From NCBI GenBank assembly GCA_964016885.1, contig OZ024740.1:407402001-407466000 (forward strand): a DNA stretch of 64,000 nucleotides, read 5' to 3'. Of the stretch, positions 53,801 to 64,000 are shown piece by piece. Every line of letters begins with the position of its first letter. Position 1 is the first letter of the stretch. The DNA is from Eledone cirrhosa (taxonomy: Eukaryota). The notes under the pieces were generated by a model. That model was not told the DNA's origin, searched no databases, and saw only the letters and a program-made list of their open reading frames with translations. A program made the translations under genes and the position numbers.

Positions 53801-56800
53801 CTTCACATCTCTCTACTGTCTTCACATCGCTCTACTGTCTTCCCATCTCACTACTGTCATCATATCTGATTACTGTCTTGACATCTCTCTACTGTCCTCA
53901 CAACTGTCTACTGTCTTCACATCTCACTACTGTCTTCACATCTCTCTACTGTCTTCACATCTCTCTAATGTCTTCACATCTCATTGCTGTACTCATATCT
54001 TACTACTGTCTTCACATCTTACTACTGTCTTCACATCTCACTTCTGTCTTCACATCTCACTACTGTCCTCACAACAGTCTAATGTCTTGACGTCTTTCTA
54101 CTGTCTTCACATCTCTTTACCGTCTTCACATCTCACTACGGTCCTCACATCTCACTACTGTCTTCACATCTCTCTACTGTCCTCCCATCTCTGTACTGTC
54201 CTCACATCTCACTACTGTCTCCACATCTCAATATTGTCTTCACATCTCACTACTGTCTTCACATCTCAATATTGTCTTCACATCTCACTACTGTCTACAC
54301 AACTTACTACTGTCTTCACATCTCTCTACTGTCCTCACATCTCACTACTGTCTTCACATCTCACTACTCTCTTCACATCTCAATACTGTCTTTACATCTC
54401 TCTACTGTCCTCACATCTCTCTACTGTCTTCACATTCACTAGTGTCCTCACATCTCACTACTGTCTTCACATCTCACTACTGTCTTCACATCTATCTACT
54501 GTCTTCACATCTCCCTACTGTCTTCACATCTCACTAGTGTCTTCACATCTCTCTACTGTCCTCACATCTCACTACTGTCTTCACATCTATCTACTGTCTT
54601 TACATCTCTCTACTGTCTTCACATCTCACTACTGTCCTCACATCTCACTACTGTCTTCACATCTCTCTTCTGTCTTCACATCTCTCTACCGTCTTCATAT
54701 CTCTCTACTGTCTTCACATCTCTCTACTGTCCTCACATCTCACTACTGTCTTCACATCTCTCTTTTGTCTTCCCATCTCCCTACTGTCTTCACATCGCTC
54801 TACTGTCTTCCCATGTCACTACTGTCTTCATATCTGACTACTGTCTTGACATCTCTCTACTGTCCTCACAACAGTCTACTGTCTTCACATCTCACTACTG
54901 TCTTCACATCTCTCTACTGTCTTCACATCTCTCTACTGTCTTCACATATCATTGCTGTCCTCACATCTTACTACTGTCTTCACATCTTACTACTGTCTTC
55001 ACATCTCTCTTCTGTCTTCACATCTCACTACTGTCCTCACAACAGTCTACTGTCTTCACGTCCTTCTACTGTCTTTACATCTCTTTACCGTCTTCACATC
55101 TCACTACTGTCCTCACATCTCACTACTGTCTTCACATCTCTCTACTGTCCTCACATCTCTCTACTGTCTTCACATCTCACTACTGTCTTCACAGCTCTCT
55201 ACTGTCCTCACATATCTCTACTGTCTTCACATCTCTCTACTCTCTTCACATCTCACTACTGTCTTCACATGTCACTACTGTCTTCACATCTCTCTACTGT
55301 CCTCACATCTCTCTACTGTCTTAACATCTCTCTACTGTCTTCATATCTCTCTACTGACTTCACACCCCTCTACTATCTTCACATCTCAATACTGTCTTCA
55401 CCTCTTTCTACTGTCATCCCAACTCTCTACTGTCCTCACATCTCTCTACTGTCTTCACATCTCACTACTGTTTTTACATCTATCTACTGTCTTCACATCT
55501 CACTACTGTCTTCACATCTCTCTACTGTCCTCACATCTCTCTACTGTCTTCACATCTCTCTACTGTCTTCACATCTATCTACTGTCCTCACATCTCTCTA
55601 CTGTCTTCACATCTCTCTACTGTCTTCACATCTCACTACTGTCCTCACATCTCACTACTTTCTTCACAACTGTCTTCTTTCTTCACATCTCACTACTGTC
55701 CTCACATCTCACTACTGTCTTCACATCTCTCTTCTGTTTTCACATCTCTCTACTGTCTTCATATCTATCTACTTTCTTCACATCCCTCTACTGTCTTCAC
55801 ATCTCTCTACTGTCTTCACATCTCACTACTGTCTTCATATCTCTCTACTGACTTCACATCCCTCTACTGTCTTCACATCTCACTACTGTCCTTACATCTC
55901 ATTACTGCCTTCACATCTCTCTACTGGCTTCACATCTCTCTACTGTCTTCACATCGCTCTACTGTCTTCCCATGTCACTACTGTCTTCATATCTGACTAC
56001 TGTCTTGACATCTCTCTACTGTCCTCACAACAGTCTACTGTCTTCAAATCTCACTACTGTCTTCACATCTCTCTACTGTCTTCACATCTCTCTACTGTCT
56101 TCACATCTCATTGCTGTCCTCACATCTTACTACTGTCTTCACATCTTACTACTGTCTTCACATCTCTCTTCTGTCTTCACATCTCACTACTGTCCTCACA
56201 ACAGTCTACTGTCTTCACGTCTTTCTACTGTCTTTACATCTCTTTACCGTCTTCACATCTCACTACTGTCCTCACATCTCACTACTGTCTTCACATCTCT
56301 TTACTGTCCTCCCATCTCTCTACTGTCCTCACATCTCACTACTGTCTTCACAGCTCTCTACTGTCCTCACATATCTCTACTGTCTTCACATCTCTCTACT
56401 CTCTTCACATCTCACTATTGTCTTCACATGTCACTACTGTCTTCACATCTCTCTACTGTCTTAAAATCTCTCTACTGTCTTCATATCTCTCTACTGACTT
56501 CACATCCCTCTACTGTCTTCACATCTCAATACTGTCTTCACATCTTTCTACTGTCATCCCATCTCTCTACTGTCCTCACATCTCACTACTGTCCTCACAT
56601 CTCACTACTGTCCTCACATCTCTCTACTGTCTTCACATTCACTAGTGACCTCACATTTCACTACTGTCTTCACATCTCACTACTGTTTTTACATCTCTCT
56701 ACTGTCTTCACATCGCTCTACTGTCTTCCCATCTCACTACTGTCATCATATCTGATTACTGTCTTGACATCTCTCTACTGTCCTCACAACTGTCTACTGT

Positions 56801-59800
56801 CTTCACATCTCACTACTGTCTTCACATCTCTCTACTGTCTTCACATCTCTCTAATGTCTTCACATCTCATTGCTGTACTCATATCTTACTACTGTCTTCA
56901 CATCTTACTACTGTCTTCACATCTCACTTCTGTCTTCACATCTCACTACTGTCCTCACAACAGTCTAATGTCTTGACGTCTTTCTACTGTCTTCACATCT
57001 CTTTACCGTCTTCACATCTCACTACGGTCCTCACATCTCACTACTGTCTTCACATCTCTCTACTGTCCTCCCATCTCTGTACTGTCCTCACATCTCACTA
57101 CTGTCTCCACATCTCAATATTGTCTTCACATCTCACTACTGTCTTCACATCTCAATATTGTCTTCACATCTCACTACTGTCTACACAACTTACTACTGTC
57201 TTCACATCTCTCTACTGTCCTCACATCTCACTACTGTCTTCACATCTCACTACTCTCTTCACATCTCAATACTGTCTTTACATCTCTCTACTGTCCTCAC
57301 ATCTCTCTACTGTCTTCACATTCACTAGTGTCCTCACATCTCACTACTGTCTTCACATCTCACTACTGTCTTCACATCTATCTACTGTCTTCACATCTCC
57401 CTACTGTCTTCACATCTCACTAGTGTCTTCACATCTCTCTACTGTCCTCACATCTCACTACTGTCTTCACATCTATCTACTGTCTTTACATCTCTCTACT
57501 GTCTTCACATCTCACTACTGTCCTCACATCTCACTACTGTCTTCACATCTCTCTTCTGTCTTCACATCTCTCTACCGTCTTCATATCTCTCTACTGTCTT
57601 CACATCTCTCTACTGTCCTCACATCTCACTACTGTCTTCACATCTCTCTTTTGTCTTCCCATCTCCCTACTGTCTTCACATCGCTCTACTGTCTTCCCAT
57701 GTCACTACTGTCTTCATATCTGACTACTGTCTTGACATCTCTCTACTGTCCTCACAACAGTCTACTGTCTTCACATCTCACTACTGTCTTCACATCTCTC
57801 TACTGTCTTCACATCTCTCTACTGTCTTCACATATCATTGCTGTCCTCACATCTTACTACTGTCTTCACATCTTACTACTGTCTTCACATCTCTCTTCTG
57901 TCTTCACATCTCACTACTGTCCTCACAACAGTCTACTGTCTTCACGTCCTTCTACTGTCTTTACATCTCTTTACCGTCTTCACATCTCACTACTGTCCTC
58001 ACATCTCACTACTGTCTTCACATCTCTCTACTGTCCTCACATCTCTCTACTGTCTTCACATCTCACTACTGTCTTCACAGCTCTCTACTGTCCTCACATA
58101 TCTCTACTGTCTTCACATCTCTCTACTCTCTTCACATCTCACTACTGTCTTCACATGTCACTACTGTCTTCACATCTCTCTACTGTCCTCACATCTCTCT
58201 ACTGTCTTAACATCTCTCTACTGTCTTCATATCTCTCTACTGACTTCACACCCCTCTACTATCTTCACATCTCAATACTGTCTTCACCTCTTTCTACTGT
58301 CATCCCAACTCTCTACTGTCCTCACATCTCTCTACTGTCTTCACATCTCACTACTGTTTTTACATCTATCTACTGTCTTCACATCTCACTACTGTCTTCA
58401 CATCTCTCTACTGTCCTCACATCTCTCTACTGTCTTCACATCTCTCTACTGTCTTCACATCTATCTACTGTCCTCACATCTCTCTACTGTCTTCACATCT
58501 CTCTACTGTCTTCACATCTCACTACTGTCCTCACATCTCACTACTTTCTTCACAACTGTCTTCTTTCTTCACATCTCACTACTGTCCTCACATCTCACTA
58601 CTGTCTTCACATCTCTCTTCTGTTTTCACATCTCTCTACTGTCTTCATATCTATCTACTTTCTTCACATCCCTCTACTGTCTTCACATCTCTCTACTGTC
58701 TTCACATCTCACTACTGTCTTCATATCTCTCTACTGACTTCACATCCCTCTACTGTCTTCACATCTCACTACTGTCCTTACATCTCATTACTGCCTTCAC
58801 ATCTCTCTACTGGCTTCACATCTCTCTACTGTCTTCACATCGCTCTACTGTCTTCCCATGTCACTACTGTCTTCATATCTGACTACTGTCTTGACATCTC
58901 TCTACTGTCCTCACAACAGTCTACTGTCTTCAAATCTCACTACTGTCTTCACATCTCTCTACTGTCTTCACATCTCTCTACTGTCTTCACATCTCATTGC
59001 TGTCCTCACATCTTACTACTGTCTTCACATCTTACTACTGTCTTCACATCTCTCTTCTGTCTTCACATCTCACTACTGTCCTCACAACAGTCTACTGTCT
59101 TCACGTCTTTCTACTGTCTTTACATCTCTTTACCGTCTTCACATCTCACTACTGTCCTCACATCTCACTACTGTCTTCACATCTCTTTACTGTCCTCCCA
59201 TCTCTCTACTGTCCTCACATCTCACTACTGTCTTCACAGCTCTCTACTGTCCTCACATATCTCTACTGTCTTCACATCTCTCTACTCTCTTCACATCTCA
59301 CTATTGTCTTCACATGTCACTACTGTCTTCACATCTCTCTACTGTCTTAAAATCTCTCTACTGTCTTCATATCTCTCTACTGACTTCACATCCCTCTACT
59401 GTCTTCACATCTCAATACTGTCTTCACATCTTTCTACTGTCATCCCATCTCTCTACTGTCCTCACATCTCACTACTGTCCTCACATCTCACTACTGTCCT
59501 CACATCTCTCTACTGTCTTCACATTCACTAGTGACCTCACATTTCACTACTGTCTTCACATCTCACTACTGTTTTTACATCTCTCTACTGTCTTCACATC
59601 TCACTACTGTCCTCACATCTCACTACTTTCTTCACATCTCTCTTCTGTCTTCACATCTCACTACTGTCCTCACATCTCACTACTATCTTCACATCTCTCT
59701 TCTGTCTTCACATATCTCTACTGTCTTCATATCTCTCTACTGTCTTCACATCGCTCTACTGTCTTCCCATGTCACTACTGTCTTCATATCTGACTACTGT

Positions 59801-62800
59801 CTTGACATCTCTCTACTGTCCTCACAACAGTCTACTGTCTTCACATCTCACTACTGTCTTCACATCTCTCTACTGTCTTCACATCTCTCTACTGTCTTCA
59901 CATATCATTGCTGTCCTCACATCTTACTACTGTCTTCACATCTTACTACTGTCTTCACATCTCTCTTCTGTCTTCACATCTCACTACTGTCCTCACAACA
60001 GTCTACTGTCTTCACGTCCTTCTACTGTCTTTACATCTCTTTACCGTTTTCACATCTCACTACTGTCCTCACATCTCACTACTGTCTTCACATCTCTCTA
60101 CTGTCCTCACATCTCTCTACTGTCCTCACATCTCACTACTGTCTTCACAGCTCTCTACTGTCCTCACATATCTCTACTGTCTTCACATCTCTCTACTCTC
60201 TTCACATCTCACTACTGTCTTCACATGTCACTACTGTCTTCACATCTCTCTACTGTCCTCACATCTCTCTACTGTCTTAACATCTCTCTACTGTCTTCAT
60301 ATCTCTCTACTGACTTCACATCCCTCTACTGTCTTCACATCTCAATACTGTCTTCACATCTTTCTACTGTCATCCCAACTCTCTACTGTCCTCACATCTC
60401 TCTACTGTCTTCACATCTCACTACTGTTTTTACATCTATCTACTGTCTTCACATCTCACTACTGTCTTCACATCTCTCTACTGTCCTCACATCTCTCTAC
60501 TGTCTTCACATCTCTCTACTGTCTTCACATCTATCTACTGTCCTCACATCTCTCTACTGTCTTCACATCTCTCTACTGTCTTCACATCTCACTACTGTCC
60601 TCACATCTCACTACTTTCTTCACAACTGTCTTCTTTCTTCACATCTCACTACTGTCCTCACATCTCACTACTGTCTTCACATCTCTCTTCTGTTTTCACA
60701 TCTCTCTACTGTCTTCATATCTATCTACTTTCTTCACATCCCTCTACTGTCTTCACATCTCTCTACTGTCTTCACATCTCACTACTATCTTCACATCTCT
60801 CTTCTGTCTTCACATCTCTCTACTGTCTTCATATCTCTCTACTGACTTCACATCCCTCTACTGTCTTCACATCTCACTACTGTCCTTACATCTCATTACT
60901 GCCTTCACATCTCTCTACTGTCTTCACATCGCTCTACTGTCTTCCCATGTCACTACTGTCTTCATATCTGACTACTGTCTTGACATCTCTCTACTGTCCT
61001 CACAACAGTCTACTGTCTTCAAATCTCACTACTGTCTTCACATCTCTCTACTGTCTTCACATCTCATTGCTGTCCTCACATCTTACTACTGTCTTCACAT
61101 CTTACTACTGTCTTCACATCTCTCTTCTGTCTTCACATCTCACTACTGTCCTCACAACAGTCTACTGTCTTCACGTCTTTCTACTGTCTTTACATCTCTT
61201 TACCGTCTTCACATCTCACTACTGTCCTCACATCTCACTACTGCCTTCACATCTCTCTACTGTCTTCCCATCTCTCTACTGTCCTCACATCTCACTACTG
61301 TCTTCACAGCTCTCTACTGTCCTCACATATCTCTACTGTCTTCACATCTCTCTACTCTCTTCACATCTCACTACTGTCTTCACATGTCACTCCTGTCTTC
61401 ACATCTCTCTACTGTCTTAACATCTCTCTACTGTCTTCATATCTCTCTACTGACTTCACATCCCTCTACTGTCTTCACATCTCAATACTGTCTTCACATC
61501 TTTCTACTGTCATCCCATCTCTCTACTGTCCTCACATCTCACTACTGTCCTCACATCTCACTACTGTCCTCACATCTCTCTACTGTCTTCACATTCACTA
61601 GTGACCTCACATTTCACTACTGTCTTCACATCTCTCTACTGTCTTCACATCGCTCTACTCTCTTCCCATCTCACTACTGTCATCATATCTGATTACTGTC
61701 TTGACATCTCTCTACTGTCCTCACAACTGTCTACTGTCTTCACATCTCACTACTGTCTTCACATCTCTCTACTGTCTTCACATCTCTCTAATGTCTTCAC
61801 ATCTCATTGCTGTACTCATATCTTACTACTGTCTTCACATCTTACTACTGTCTTCACATCTCACTTCTGTCTTCACATCTCACTACTGTCCTCACAACAG
61901 TCTACTGTCTTGACGTATTTCTACTGTCTTCACATCTCTTTACCGTCTTCACATCTCACTACGGTCCTCACATCTCACTACTGTCTTCACATCTCTCTAC
62001 TGTCCTCCCATCTCTCTACTGTCCTCACATCTCACTACTGTCTCCACATCTTAATACTGTTGCCACATCTCATTAGCGTCTTCACATCTCACTACTGTCT
62101 TCACATCTCAATATTGTCTTCACATCTCACTACTGTCTACACAACTTACTACTGTCTTCACATCTCTCTACTGTCCTCACATCTCACTACTGTCTTCACA
62201 TCTCACTACTTTCTTCACATCTCAATACTGTCTTTACATCTCTCTACTGTCCTCACATCTCTCTACTGTCTTCACATTCACTAGTGTCCTCACATCTCAC
62301 TACTGTCTTCACATCTCACTACTGTCTTCACATCTCCCTACTGTCTTCACATCTCACTAGTGTCTTCACATCTCTCTACTGTCTTTACATCTCTCTACTG
62401 TCTTCACATCTCACTACTGTCCTCATATCTCACTACCGTCTTCACATCTCTCTTCTGTCTTCACATCTCTCTACCGTCTTCATATCTCTCTACTGACTTC
62501 ACATCCCTCTACTGTCTTCACATCTCTCTACTGTCTTCACATCTCACTAGTGTCTTCACATCTCTCTACTGTATTTACATCTCATTACTGTCCTCGCATC
62601 TCACTACTGTCTTCACATCTCTCTACTGTCTTCACATCTCACTAGTGTCCTCACATCTCACTACTGTCTTCACATCTCTCTACTGTCCTCACATCTCACA
62701 ACTGTTTTCACATCTCTCTACTGTCTTCATATCTCTGTACTGACTTCACATCCCTCTACTGTCTTCACATCTCTCTACTGTCTTCACATCTCTCTACTGT

Positions 62801-64000
62801 CCTCACATCTCACTACTGTCTTCACATCTCTCTTTTGTCTTCCCATCTCTCTACTGTCTTCATATCTCTCTAGTGACTTCACATCCCTCTACTGTCTTCA
62901 CATCTCACTACTGTCCTCACATCTCACTACTGTCTTCACATCTCTCTACTGCCTTAACATCTCTCTACTGTCTTCACATCGCTCTACTGTCTTCCCATGT
63001 CACTACTGTCTTCATATCTGACTACTGTCTTGACATCTCTCTACTGTCCTCACAACAGTCTACTGTCTTCACATCTCACTACTGTCTTCACATCTCTCTA
63101 CTGTCTTCACATCTCTCTACTGTCTTCACATATCATTGCTGTCCTCACATCTTACTACTGTCTTCACATCTTACTACTGTCTTCACATCTCTCTTCTGTC
63201 TTCACATCTCACTACTGTCCTCACAACAGTCTACTGTCTTCACGTCTTTCTACTGTCTTTACATCTCTTTACCGTCTTCACATCTCACTACTGTCTTCAC
63301 ATGTCACTACTGTCTTCACATGTCACTACTGTCTTCACATCTCTCTACTGTCTTCACATCTCTCTACTGTCTTCACATCTCAATACTGTCTTCACATCTT
63401 TCTACTGTCATCCCATCTCTCTACTGTCCTCACATCTCACTACTGTCCTCACATCTCACTACTGTCCTCACATCTCTCTACTGTCTTCACATTCACTAGT
63501 GACCTCACATTTCACTACTGTCTTCACATCTCACTACTGTTTTTACATCTCTCTACTGTCTTCACATCTCACTACTGTCCTCACATCTCACTACTTTCTT
63601 CACATCTCTCTTCTGTCTTCACATCTCACTACTGTCCTCACATCTCACTACTATCTTCACATCTCTCTTCTGTCTTCACATATCTCTACTGTCTTCATAT
63701 CTCTCTACTGTCTTCACATCGCTCTACTGTCTTCCCATGTCACTACTGTCTTCATATCTGACTACTGTCTTGACATCTCTCTACTGTCCTCACAACAGTC
63801 TACTGTCTTCACATCTCACTACTGTCTTCACATCTCTCTACTGTCTTCACATCTCTCTACTGTCTTCACATATCATTGCTGTCCTCACATCTTACTACTG
63901 TCTTCACATCTTACTACTGTCTTCACATCTCTCTTCTGTCTTCACATCTCACTACTGTCCTCACAACAGTCTACTGTCTTCACGTCCTTCTACTGTCTTT
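38891..64000. repeat. 19-bp satellite (CTTCACATCTC[T/A]CTACTGT)n, over 25 kb, continues beyond the window
   Basis: Direct periodicity; 19-aa period (SSHLSTVFTSLYCLHISLL) in all + frames. Confidence 0.98.

Noticed and set aside
38885-63761. Long Ser/His/Leu/Thr-rich ORFs up to 1114 aa
   Set aside because: The 19-bp consensus lacks stop codons on the + strand; all three frames give the same peptide, with no evidence of coding

Overview
AT-rich metazoan genomic DNA. The tRNA-headed SINE families look like those of coleoid cephalopods (octopus-like), which is an inference. Six internal coding exons of a + strand folylpolyglutamate synthase (FPGS) gene lie at 6432-16866. Its introns hold tRNA-derived SINEs, piggyBac-type and hAT-type MITEs, a decayed Penelope-like element and an RTE fragment. 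Most of the window is three satellites: a 31-bp array (1-5630), a 20-bp array (19090-38610) and a 19-bp array (38891-end). The most striking system is three co-oriented, differently 5'-truncated copies of one Tx1/L1-clade non-LTR retrotransposon, found only inside the 20-bp satellite. All three join it at the identical 3' register without a poly(A) tail, making this a candidate satellite-specific retrotransposon. Nearly all ORFs in the supplied track are artefacts of satellite translation.
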